Source: Patescibacteria group bacterium
GTDB lineage: Bacteria; Patescibacteriota; Microgenomatia; UBA8517
Length of the DNA stretch: 54,154 bases
Reading direction: 5' to 3'
NCBI GenBank assembly: GCA_022562395.1
Contig: JADFPI010000002.1
Location: forward strand, 1 to 54,154
Part shown: positions 19,572-28,427 of the stretch, piece after piece
Layout: every line of letters starts with the position of its first letter
How positions within the stretch are numbered: the first letter of the stretch is position 1
Translations under genes and position numbers: made by a program
The notes under the pieces: model-generated
The model's database searches: none
Told to the model about the DNA's origin: nothing
What the model saw: only the letters and a program-made list of their open reading frames with translations

Positions 19572-20579
19572 TTACGATTCCTGTGTTTGACTTTGCAGGG
19601 CGTTTAGATGATAAATCAGGGCTGCAGCGGTTCGGTTTCGACACCCGGTTTTCTGGAAAATAGAGGCAAGGTGGTTTTTAATTGTATTGTGCGATATCCT
19701 TAGGTTGAGAGCGATTTCTCTGCTTGATAATCCTTGAGCTACGGACTCAAGAATATCGTGTTCCCGTTCGCTAAGATACTGAAGATTAGAAGTTTGTTGG
19801 GCTACTGGCGTAGTCATTGCCAATGAGGCCGGAAAGAGGCCCTCTTTGAGTGCTAGTATTGTTGCTTGGGTTCTATCATAGACTTGTGTGTCTCCATTTT
19901 CGCTAAGTTTTGACATTAGATGCTCTAAATGGTCTTTCACTACCTGGTTTGATTTTACAGTGAGTTCGGCGACTTCTTTGTTCGTCATGGCGCGAGCAGC
20001 TAGGATGAGAACTGCGTACTCTGTTGGGGATAAACCATACTTTTTTATTGCTGCTTCGGTCGCGGCTCTTTCTTCGGTCGGAACCACTTCGCCGAATTGT
20101 CTTAAAAAGAATTTGGCCGGTATCTTTGTTGTGGGTTTTTGTAATACAGTTTCGATTGCGGGGTAGTTGGTAACAATCTCAGACTTCACTTCCTTGCTTA
20201 TAGTATCAATATCTTTCTTGGGAAATACGAGAACTCCCAGGACGATGGCGGCTTGGGTTAATGAGAGTCCTTGCTCCCAACCGAACCTTTCTTCCAATTC
20301 CGAATTACCTGTTAAAACGTCCAGTACATATACAGATATTTCTGGTGGGATTAGGCTTGCTTCTTGATTTGGCGCCTGCCCTATTCTGTTTAATCGCTGC
20401 TGTATGTCATAACGCCTTACTCCAGTTTCACTCTCGATCAAACGACAGGCTTCAGCAAGGGGAAGGGGATTCCTGTGTCCCACAATCGCTTCGTATCGGG
20501 CAAGGACGGATTCGTAGGGATTTTCGCTTGTATCCTCGGGGGCGAATTGTATTTGTGGCCCTGATTCTGTAGATACCAT
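19572..20579 (-). CDS. transcriptional regulator with two tandem LuxR/GerE-type HTH domains and an unrecognised N-terminal region
   Basis: LSPTEYAVLILAARAMTNKEVAELTVKSNQVVKDHLEHLMSKL and LSEREHDILESVAQGLSSREIALNLRISHNTIKNHLASIFQKTGCRNRTAAAL. This is the only minus-strand gene in the window. Confidence 0.8.
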   Translation of the reverse strand: MVSTESGPQIQFAPEDTSENPYESVLARYEAIVGHRNPLPLAEACRLIESETGVRRYDIQQRLNRIGQAPNQEASLIPPEISVYVLDVLTGNSELEERFGWEQGLSLTQAAIVLGVLVFPKKDIDTISKEVKSEIVTNYPAIETVLQKPTTKIPAKFFLRQFGEVVPTEERAATEAAIKKYGLSPTEYAVLILAARAMTNKEVAELTVKSNQVVKDHLEHLMSKLSENGDTQVYDRTQATILALKEGLFPASLAMTTPVAQQTSNLQYLSEREHDILESVAQGLSSREIALNLRISHNTIKNHLASIFQKTGCRNRTAAALIYHLNALQSQTQES

Positions 20580-20600
20580 ATCTTTTCTTGATTGAAGGGT

Positions 20601-20609
20601 AGTATACCA
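20601..20609 (-). promoter_or_regulatory. extended -10-like element (TGgTATACT on the minus strand) upstream of the LuxR-like gene
   Basis: The reverse complement of agtatacca reads tggtatact, about 21 nt upstream of the ATG at 20579. I found no convincing -35. Confidence 0.3.
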
Positions 20610-20685
20610 GAGGCAACCGGGATGATCGCCTTAACTACGCTGTAACTGTGCCTCAATTTAGTTTCGGTTATAATTACCGTATTGT

Positions 20686-21753
20686 ATGAAAGTAGCGCTG
20701 GTTTACGACCGGGTAAATAAGTGGGGTGGGGCGGAAAGGGTACTACTTGCCCTTCATGAGTTGTTCCCAGAAGCACCCCTTTATACCGCGGTTTATAATC
20801 CAAAAACAGCTCCCTGGGCAAAGGTTTTTCCAAAAGTAATTCCTAGTTTTTTACAAAAGATTCCTTTTGCGAAAACCAGACATGAATTTTTAGGAACATT
20901 TACCCCTCTTGCCTTTGAGAATTTTGATTTTTCAGATTATGACTTGGTTATTTCCGTAACAAGCGAGGCAGCCAAAGGGATAATCACAAAGCCGAATACG
21001 GTTCACGTCTGCTACTGCCTGACACCCACAAGATATCTTTGGAGTGCCTATGATTTATATTTTAGAAATCCGATTTTGAGAATGGCGGCAAAACCGGCTG
21101 TTTCCTATTTGAGATATTGGGACAAAATTGCAGCCCAAAGGCCAGATGTAATTGTAGCGATTTCGTTAGAGGTACAAAAAAGAATTAAGAAATATTATGG
21201 AAGATACTCTGAAGTAATTTATCCACCGGTTGATTTGAAAAAATTCGAAAGGAGAAAGGGGAACTTTTTCTTGGTTGTTTCCAGGTTAATACCGTATAAA
21301 AGAGTAGATCTTGCAATAGAAGCTTTTAACGAGCTTGGTTTCCCTTTGATTATAGTCGGTAAGGGCAGTGAGGAAAACAGACTTAAAAGAATGGCAAAGA
21401 AGAATATTAAGTTTGTTGGAGAATTGACAGACGAAAAGCTCGCAGATTACTATAGTAGAAGTTTAGCTTTAATCTTTCCGCAAGTGGAGGAATTTGGCTT
21501 GACAGCAGTAGAAGCACAAGCTGCAGGCACACCGGTGATAGCTTATAGGAAGGGAGGAGCGATTGAGACGGTTATCGATAACAAAACAGGTGTTTTTTTT
21601 AACAAACAAGAAAAAAAAGATTTGGTTAAAGCGATATTAAGCTTTAAGAAGAAAAGTTTTGTAAGAGGCGATATAATAAAAAACGCTGAAAAATTTTCAA
21701 AAGAGAGGTTTAAAAAGGAATTTTTAGAATTGATTAAAAATGTCAAAAGGTAA
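20686..21753 (+). CDS. glycosyltransferase family 4
   Basis: EEFGLTAVEAQAAGTPVIAYRKGGAIETV. The first 40 nt are duplicated at 19429-19468. Confidence 0.85.
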   Translation: MKVALVYDRVNKWGGAERVLLALHELFPEAPLYTAVYNPKTAPWAKVFPKVIPSFLQKIPFAKTRHEFLGTFTPLAFENFDFSDYDLVISVTSEAAKGIITKPNTVHVCYCLTPTRYLWSAYDLYFRNPILRMAAKPAVSYLRYWDKIAAQRPDVIVAISLEVQKRIKKYYGRYSEVIYPPVDLKKFERRKGNFFLVVSRLIPYKRVDLAIEAFNELGFPLIIVGKGSEENRLKRMAKKNIKFVGELTDEKLADYYSRSLALIFPQVEEFGLTAVEAQAAGTPVIAYRKGGAIETVIDNKTGVFFNKQEKKDLVKAILSFKKKSFVRGDIIKNAEKFSKERFKKEFLELIKNVKR

Positions 21754-22858
21754 CTACAAGGACCATTTATTCGCACTAATTGTCGTTGGCGGGGGCGGCA
21801 CACGGCTTTGGCCGAAGTCAAGAAACGCAACCCCTAAACAATTTTTAAAACTATTTGAGAATAAAACTCTTACCCAGATTACTTCTTATCGTTTCAAAAA
21901 GATTCTTCCCTGGGAAAGAATCTTCGCAGTAACGACAACCGGTGCTTATAAAAAAGAAATATTAAAGGAGGTTCCCGAGTTTTTGTCTAAAAATATTATT
22001 GTTGAACCAATGAGAAGAAATACGGCGCCCGCGCATGGGCTTGGCGCTCTATTTATATATAAACAGGATAAAGATGCCGTTATTCTCAATGAATCTGCTG
22101 ATCATCTGGTGAGCCCCGAGAGCAAATACTTCAAGTCGATGGACGTAGCAGCAGAAGCGGCGTATAGCGGAGACTGGCTGGTGGCAGTAGGGATGAAGCC
22201 TACCTATCCAAATACAGGTTATGGGTACATGAAGAGAGGGAAAAAGTGGAAAGATTTAAGCGGAAGAAAAGTCTATAAACTTGAGAAATTTACCGAGAAA
22301 CCAAAGCTAAGTCTTGCCAAAAAGTTTTTAGCTTCGGGAGACTATTTTTGGAACGGTAATCAATATGTCTGGAGAGCGGATACTTTCTTGAAAGCTTTGG
22401 AAAAGCACGTTCCCGCGATCTCTAAAGGGCTTAATCGAATTGGTAAGGCAATAGGTAAGAAGAAAGAGGAGTCAGTTATGGAGACAGAATACGAAAAGAT
22501 TCCCAAGATTTCAGTAGATTATGCGGTAAGCGAAAAAGCAAAAAACTTTCTTTTGGTTACTGCTGACTATTTCTGGACTGATATTGGAGATTGGAAGGAA
22601 GTTTGGGAAAATCGGTCGAAAGATAAGGAGGGGAATGTATTTATTGACGGAGAGGCGCCTGGAGGTGAAATTATCAATTTGGGTACTCAAAACGCCATGG
22701 TGCATACGGACGGAAGGCTTATCGCCTTGGTTGACGTAGACGACATCATTGTAATTGATACGAAAGACGCCCTTTTAATTGCGTCGAAAAGTAAGGCGCA
22801 GAATGTAAAAAAGATTGTTCAGCATCTTAAGAAAGAGAAAAAAACTAAGTATTTGTAG
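21740..22858 (+). CDS. manC: mannose-1-phosphate guanylyltransferase-like sugar nucleotidyltransferase (no cupin/isomerase domain)
   Basis: ALIVVGGGGTRLWPKSRNATPKQFL, EPMRRNTAPA, DYFWTDIGDW. Confidence 0.75.
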   Translation: MSKGNYKDHLFALIVVGGGGTRLWPKSRNATPKQFLKLFENKTLTQITSYRFKKILPWERIFAVTTTGAYKKEILKEVPEFLSKNIIVEPMRRNTAPAHGLGALFIYKQDKDAVILNESADHLVSPESKYFKSMDVAAEAAYSGDWLVAVGMKPTYPNTGYGYMKRGKKWKDLSGRKVYKLEKFTEKPKLSLAKKFLASGDYFWNGNQYVWRADTFLKALEKHVPAISKGLNRIGKAIGKKKEESVMETEYEKIPKISVDYAVSEKAKNFLLVTADYFWTDIGDWKEVWENRSKDKEGNVFIDGEAPGGEIINLGTQNAMVHTDGRLIALVDVDDIIVIDTKDALLIASKSKAQNVKKIVQHLKKEKKTKYL

Positions 22859-22875
22859 TATACTACCCTGCCTAT

Positions 22876-23529
22876 ATGAAGTACGAGGTTGTAAAAAGAA
22901 CAGTTGATATTGTTGGCTCCATAATACTTCTTATCATTTTTTCGCCTGTAGTTATTGTCACGGCAATAATCATTAAACTTACATCGGCCGGGCCAATACT
23001 GGTGGAGAAAACCAACTTACATATGAAGAGGATGGGCAAAAAGGGAAAAATATTCAGATTGTATAAATTTCGTTCGATGCCCGTTAAGGCAGATATTCTG
23101 GAAAGGACACATCCCAAATACAGGTCTGCTTATATCGAAAAACACAATAGCGGAAGCTATAAACCAAAAAACGACCTTCGTATAACACCCGTTGGGAAGT
23201 TTATTAGAAAACACTCCATTGATGAAATGCCGCAATTACTAAATGTCTTAAAAGGAGAAATGAGCATAGTTGGGCCAAGACCATATTTACCGGAAGAAAT
23301 CAAAGAGCAGCAGAAAAAATTCCCGGGTACCGACAAATACGTTAAGGAAACCTTGATGGTTAAGCCGGGAATAACCGGTTTTTGGCAAGTTTCAGGAAGA
23401 AGTGAGGTAAATTTTGATAAAAGGATAGAGATGGATGCTTATTATGCGAAAAAAAAATCGTTAATTTTGGATTTTCTTATTCTTCTCAAGACCCCGTGGG
23501 CAATGCTCTCGGGCAAGGGCGCAGGATAA
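22876..23529 (+). CDS. polyprenyl-phosphate sugar-phosphate transferase (Bac_transf family, small WbaP/PglC-like initiating enzyme)
   Basis: N-terminal TM/re-entrant helix, then YKFRSM, DLRITPVGKFIRKHSIDEMPQLLNVLKGEMSIVGPRP. Confidence 0.85.
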   Translation: MKYEVVKRTVDIVGSIILLIIFSPVVIVTAIIIKLTSAGPILVEKTNLHMKRMGKKGKIFRLYKFRSMPVKADILERTHPKYRSAYIEKHNSGSYKPKNDLRITPVGKFIRKHSIDEMPQLLNVLKGEMSIVGPRPYLPEEIKEQQKKFPGTDKYVKETLMVKPGITGFWQVSGRSEVNFDKRIEMDAYYAKKKSLILDFLILLKTPWAMLSGKGAG

Positions 23530-23544
23530 TGTATTATTAGATGT

Positions 23545-25611
23545 ATGCCAGAAGGAAATCCAACCATTCCACAAATAAAACCTAACGAGAAAGAGCAAGG
23601 AGCCTCAAGCACCCAAGGTGAGGATTCTATTCTGATTCCTAAGCTCTTAAATAAGGAAGGAGAACAAAGTGATTTGGCCAAGCCAAAAAGTGACTGGAAA
23701 GGAAAGGTAGGCTCTTTTTTTGGAAAAATAAGCAGTGGCCGTAGTGTCAAAATTTTAGTTTCTCTTTTTACTCTTTTAGTCATTTTTGCATTAGCAATTA
23801 TTATTCCCTCCATATCAGTTTTTAAGAAGGCAAAGGTTTTATATGCCAACGGCTTAAAGACAAAATCAGCAATTGAGACTCAAGACTTAAACGTATTAAA
23901 GGGCGAGTTGGCCACAACAAGAGGTTCGCTCGAGGAGTTGCAAAAGTCATATAAAGTTCTTGCTTGGACTAAATTTATTCCATTTCTGGGAGCATATTGG
24001 AGAGACGGAAATCACGCCCTTACCGCCGCTTCTCATGGTCTAGACGCAGTAGATATATTAGTTGAAACAATCGATCCTTATGCAGACATAGTCGGTTTTA
24101 CTGGAGGCAAGGCGGAGGAGGAAGGGGATGGGGCAAAGACTGCAGAAGAGCGAATTGATTTTTTAGTACAGACTATTCCCAGCGTGATTCCAAAGTTAGA
24201 TTCATTAGCGCAGGTGACAAACAAGGTTAAACAAGAAATGGACCAAATAAATCCAAATCGCTATCCTGCGAATTTTAGAGGAATTGTTTTAAGGGAAAAT
24301 ATAAGAAGAGTCCAAGAACTTATAAATCAAGGTGCAAGTTTAATCTCTGATGGAAAGCCGTTAATTGAAGTCGCCCCATATCTTTTGGGGATAGAGAGTG
24401 AGCGGACATATCTAGTCATTTTCCAAAACGACAAAGAATTACGGCCGACAGGAGGTTTTTTGACCGCCTATTCTGTTATGAGCGTAAAAGAAGGTAAATT
24501 TGAGCCTGTATCCTCAAATGATATCTATAATTTAGATGCCCAATACAAACCAGATACGCCTGCGCCCGAGCCAATTATTAAATATCTCGAAGGTCCTTAT
24601 GTTTTAAACAAAAATTTGAGGTTGCGGGATATGAACTGGACGCCCGATTTTGCCCAATCAATGGAGCAATTCAGTCGAGCGGTTGAAGAGGCGGGGATAA
24701 AAGGAATAGATGGAATAATTGCAGTTGATACTCACCTTTTAGTAAATCTTTTGGAGGTACTTGGCCCGGTCGGCGTTCCGGGATTTGGAAATTACTCAAC
24801 CCAAATTGTTCCCGAGTGCAATTGCCCCCAAGTTATTTATGAGCTGGAGCTCTTTGCAGATGTAGAGGGACCGATTGTTTGGGACCCCCTTGACCCTACC
24901 AGGATAATTTATGCACCCCCAAATTACGAGAATAGAAAAAAGATAATTGGGCCTTTGATGAACTCAATCTTGGCAAATGCAATGGGTCAGCCTAAGGAAA
25001 AACTTCCTGACCTGTTTGAGGCGGTATTTAAATCATTAACAGAAAAACACGTGCTTTTTTACCTTTTTGACGAGGAAGCCCAAAAGGCAGTTGAATCATT
25101 CGGAATTGCAGGGAGAATTGATGATTATCAAGGCGACTACCTTCATATAAATGATGCAAACTTAGGTGGAAGAAAATCTAACCTTTATGTTACTCAAGAG
25201 GTGGATCAGCAAATTGAAGTAGAAAAGGACGGAAGCGTGGTAAAAACAGTGACCATAACTTATAAAAATCCTGAAAAATTCGACGGCTGGCTTAATTCAG
25301 TTTTACCTAATTGGGTAAGAATTTATGTACCCAAAGGAAGCGAGCTTTTAGCATTTGAGGGAGTGGAGGACAAAAAGGAGCCTTATGAGGAATTTGGGAA
25401 GACAGTCTTTGCGGGGTTTTTTGAGCTAAGACCGGAGGGAGTCTCAAAAGTGACTTTTAAATATAAATTGCCGTTTAAAGTAGATGGAGAATATAATCTA
25501 TTTATTCAGAAACAGCCGGGGAAAGATGCTCCTCTTTATTCATTGACTCTTGGGAAACAGGAAGAAGAGTTCTTCTTAAGGACCGACAAAGAGTTAAAGT
25601 TTAGAATCTGA
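23545..25611 (+). CDS. membrane-anchored DUF4012-like protein
   Basis: Single TM after a polar N-terminus. ELRPTGGFLTAYSV and NDANLGGRKSNLYV resemble the DUF4012 family, which is commonly found next to sugar transferases. Recalled from memory, not searched. Confidence 0.6.
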   Translation: MPEGNPTIPQIKPNEKEQGASSTQGEDSILIPKLLNKEGEQSDLAKPKSDWKGKVGSFFGKISSGRSVKILVSLFTLLVIFALAIIIPSISVFKKAKVLYANGLKTKSAIETQDLNVLKGELATTRGSLEELQKSYKVLAWTKFIPFLGAYWRDGNHALTAASHGLDAVDILVETIDPYADIVGFTGGKAEEEGDGAKTAEERIDFLVQTIPSVIPKLDSLAQVTNKVKQEMDQINPNRYPANFRGIVLRENIRRVQELINQGASLISDGKPLIEVAPYLLGIESERTYLVIFQNDKELRPTGGFLTAYSVMSVKEGKFEPVSSNDIYNLDAQYKPDTPAPEPIIKYLEGPYVLNKNLRLRDMNWTPDFAQSMEQFSRAVEEAGIKGIDGIIAVDTHLLVNLLEVLGPVGVPGFGNYSTQIVPECNCPQVIYELELFADVEGPIVWDPLDPTRIIYAPPNYENRKKIIGPLMNSILANAMGQPKEKLPDLFEAVFKSLTEKHVLFYLFDEEAQKAVESFGIAGRIDDYQGDYLHINDANLGGRKSNLYVTQEVDQQIEVEKDGSVVKTVTITYKNPEKFDGWLNSVLPNWVRIYVPKGSELLAFEGVEDKKEPYEEFGKTVFAGFFELRPEGVSKVTFKYKLPFKVDGEYNLFIQKQPGKDAPLYSLTLGKQEEEFFLRTDKELKFRI

Positions 25612-25636
25612 CCTACTAAGGTGCTAAAATATTTTC

Positions 25637-26182
25637 GTGACACCTAAACGATATTCTACGGAAGGAATTGTTCTTGCCAGGCGAAATTATAGCGAAGCTG
25701 ATAGAATTTTAGTTATTTATACTAAGAATTATGGAAAAATTTCTCTTATTGCTAAAGGTGTCAGAAAACTTAACTCCAGAAAGCGCGGGCATTTAGAAGT
25801 TTTTAGTTATTTAAAGTTCTCTGCTGCCAAAGGGAAAAATCTCGATGTTCTCACGGAGGCTGAAATTATTGACTCTTTCCCTAAAGTTCGGGAAGACCTC
25901 AAAAAAGTTGCCGTAGCATACTATTTAATGGAAGTTGCCGGAAGAACTACGCGTGACGGTGAACCTAATACTGAAGTATTTGATATCATCCTTGAATATT
26001 TGAAAAGGCTAAAAAAAGAAGAGAAATTAAGAAAATTGCGTTTAGACTTTATTCTTGAGCTTTTGACTGATATAGGTTTTTGGCCGAAAGGAAAGATTAT
26101 GGATAATCCGGATAAAGTTTTAGAAGAGGTTGTCGAGCGAGAAATATCATCTGCACGTGTTGGCAAAAAACTTCTAAGTTGA
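25637..26182 (+). CDS. recO: DNA repair protein RecO (short form)
   Basis: GTG start. EGIVLARRNYSEADRILVIYTKNYGKISLIAKGVRK is the OB-fold N-terminus typical of RecO. At 181 aa it is shorter than classical RecO. Confidence 0.75.
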   Translation: MTPKRYSTEGIVLARRNYSEADRILVIYTKNYGKISLIAKGVRKLNSRKRGHLEVFSYLKFSAAKGKNLDVLTEAEIIDSFPKVREDLKKVAVAYYLMEVAGRTTRDGEPNTEVFDIILEYLKRLKKEEKLRKLRLDFILELLTDIGFWPKGKIMDNPDKVLEEVVEREISSARVGKKLLS

Positions 26183-26226
26183 GGGTTGAAAAAATGTATC
26201 TTATCGTTTAGGTTTAATAATGTATT

Positions 26227-26784
26227 ATGGCTAAGAAATTCAAAATACTTGGGATTGTAGGTAGTTTAAGAAAAGACTCCTTTAATAAAGCTTTAATGAA
26301 GGCTGCAATTGACCTTGTTCCCGAAAATGTACAGATTGAGGTGTTTACGCTCGAAGGAATTCCTCCTTTTAATCAAGACAAAGAGCAAAGCCCCCCAATG
26401 CGAGTTGTTGAGTTAAAAAGAAAAATCCGGGCGGCTGACGCAATTCTTTTCGCAACACCTGAATACAACTACTCGATTCCGGGGGTGCTTAAAAACGCTA
26501 TAGACTGGGCTTCAAGGCCCTATGGAGACTCTGCTTGGGATGGAAAGCCTGTGGGGATCATGGGTGCATCTCCTGGGATGACCGGTACTGCCCGTGCCCA
26601 GTATCATTTAAGACAGACTTTTGTTTTTATTAATGTATTTCCGCTAAATAGGCCAGAAGTGATGGTCCCCACTGCTCACGAGAAGTTTGACGAGAAAGGA
26701 AATTTGACCGACGAGCATACGAAAGAGGAGTTAAAAGAGCTCCTTGAGGCACTTATTGCCTGGACTAAGAGACTTTCTTTATAA
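26227..26784 (+). CDS. NAD(P)H-dependent FMN reductase family oxidoreductase
   Basis: KILGIVGSLRKDSFNKAL and ADAILFATPEYNYSIPGVLKNAIDWASRP. Confidence 0.8.
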   Translation: MAKKFKILGIVGSLRKDSFNKALMKAAIDLVPENVQIEVFTLEGIPPFNQDKEQSPPMRVVELKRKIRAADAILFATPEYNYSIPGVLKNAIDWASRPYGDSAWDGKPVGIMGASPGMTGTARAQYHLRQTFVFINVFPLNRPEVMVPTAHEKFDEKGNLTDEHTKEELKELLEALIAWTKRLSL

Positions 26785-26837
26785 ACTCCGTCTCAACTCC
26801 TCAGTTATAGATTATTTTCCGAAAATGACGATATAAT

Positions 26838-28142
26838 ATGCATATGGTCAAGATGGCAGACATTGTTGCACTCGCCAAGAGGCGGGGGTTTATATTTCCG
26901 GGAAGTGAGATTTATGGTGGGATAAAAGGGTTTTGGGATTATGGTCCTTTGGGAGTTGAGCTTAAGAATAATATTAAGCGTGAATGGTGGAAAAGCATGG
27001 TTTACGAGCGTGATGACGTTGTAGGGATTGATGCTGCCATAATTATGAACCCTAAGGTATGGGAAGTATCGGGCCACACGGAGGCTTTTACAGACCCACT
27101 GGTTGAATGTAAAGTTTGCCACAAGAGAATTAGAGCTGACCATGAACAAGAGATAAAGAAGCACGAAAAGTCACACAAAGGAAAAGTGAAATGGACAGAC
27201 CCAAGAACTTTTAATCTTCTTACAGAGGTATATTTAGGAACAACGGAGCCGAAGCAGAAAACGTATCTAAGAGGCGAAGTAACCCAGGGAGTTTTTGTAA
27301 ACTTCAAAAATATTCTCGACTCGACTCGCATGAAAATTCCTTTTGGCGTGGCGCAAATTGGTAAGGCATTCAGGAATGAAATTACTCCGGGTAACTTTAC
27401 TTATAGAAGTCGAGAGTTTGAACAGATGGAGCTTGAATATTTTATTCAACCTGAGGATAAGGAAGCAGAAAAGATTTTTAATTATTGGAAAAAACAAAGA
27501 ATGGATTGGTACATTTCATACGGCATGAGGAAGGAAAAGCTTAGGTTTAGAAAGCATGAGTCTGATGAGCGTGCACACTACGCTAAGTTTGCGGAAGATA
27601 TTGAGTACAAAGCACCTTTTGGCTGGAGTGAGTTTGAGGGAATTCACCACCGGGGAGATTGGGATCTTGGAAGACATAAGCTTAAATACAAAGATGACGA
27701 GACCGGGAAGGAATACACTCCTTGGGTAATAGAGACATCCGGTGGAGTGGACCGCACTGCTCTTTTCTTTTTAATTGATGCTTATCACAAGGATAAAGAT
27801 AGGGTGGTTCTTAGACTTCACCCCAAGCTTGCTCCGTACAAAGTGGCTGTTTTTCCACTCTTGGCAAATAAACCCAAGCTTGTCGAAAAAGCAAGAAAGG
27901 TTTTTGGCAAGCTCAGACTCTCGTTTCACTCGGCCTGGGATGAGCGGGGAAATATTGGAAAGCGCTATTATGCCCAAGATGAGATTGGTACTCCCTGGTG
28001 TGTAACAGTAGATTTTGATACATTGAAAGACGATACTGTCACGATACGCGATAGAGATTCTACCAAGCAACAAAGGGTATCAATAGGTAAAATTGAAAAG
28101 TGGATTAAAGATAAAATAAACAAACATGGAAAGAAGATTTGA
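26838..28142 (+). CDS. glyQS: glycine--tRNA ligase (class II, homodimeric GlyQS type)
   Basis: ALAKRRGFIFPGSEIYGGIKGFWDYGPLG, FRNEITPGNFTYRSREFEQMELEYF, ETSGGVDR. The true start may be ATG 26844 or 26853 (MADIV...). Confidence 0.9.
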   Translation: MHMVKMADIVALAKRRGFIFPGSEIYGGIKGFWDYGPLGVELKNNIKREWWKSMVYERDDVVGIDAAIIMNPKVWEVSGHTEAFTDPLVECKVCHKRIRADHEQEIKKHEKSHKGKVKWTDPRTFNLLTEVYLGTTEPKQKTYLRGEVTQGVFVNFKNILDSTRMKIPFGVAQIGKAFRNEITPGNFTYRSREFEQMELEYFIQPEDKEAEKIFNYWKKQRMDWYISYGMRKEKLRFRKHESDERAHYAKFAEDIEYKAPFGWSEFEGIHHRGDWDLGRHKLKYKDDETGKEYTPWVIETSGGVDRTALFFLIDAYHKDKDRVVLRLHPKLAPYKVAVFPLLANKPKLVEKARKVFGKLRLSFHSAWDERGNIGKRYYAQDEIGTPWCVTVDFDTLKDDTVTIRDRDSTKQQRVSIGKIEKWIKDKINKHGKKI

Positions 28143-28416
28143 TATATATGCGGCTCAAAATGTAGATGATGGCGATAGGGTTTTCGCCGCATTTGAGACT
28201 GAGGGAAGTGAAACAATAGTTGCCAAAACTGAATCAGAGCTAAAGCAGGCTTTGGTAGAGCTTATAGATTCCAGAAAAGACAGTTTAAGATTTAATAGGG
28301 CTAAACAAGACGTTGGGGGAGATATAACTATTATTAAAGGAGACGATGTTTATTTGGTTAGTGAAATGACACAGCAAGAATGGGTTGACTTTTTTAGCAG
28401 CAGAACAGATAGTTAA
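28126..28416 (+). CDS. hypothetical protein (96 aa, acidic)
   Basis: ORF overlapping the glyQS stop by 17 nt. No recognisable motif. Confidence 0.45.
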   Translation: MERRFDIYAAQNVDDGDRVFAAFETEGSETIVAKTESELKQALVELIDSRKDSLRFNRAKQDVGGDITIIKGDDVYLVSEMTQQEWVDFFSSRTDS

Positions 28417-28427
28417 ATTTGGATGAT

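Noticed and set aside
20261-20833. ORFs 20261-20572 (+) and 20438-20833 (-), overlapping the LuxR-like gene and the GT4 start.
   Set aside because: These are shadow ORFs of the better-supported LuxR-like CDS and GT4 CDS. The 131-aa minus ORF would span an intergenic promoter region and run antisense into the GT gene.
26832-26853. A TATAAT hexamer immediately abutting the first glyQS ATG, suggesting a leaderless or near-leaderless transcript that starts at a downstream ATG (26844 or 26853).
   Set aside because: There is no convincing -35 or TG extension, and TATAAT-like strings are frequent in this AT-rich DNA. It is only enough to flag uncertainty in the glyQS start.
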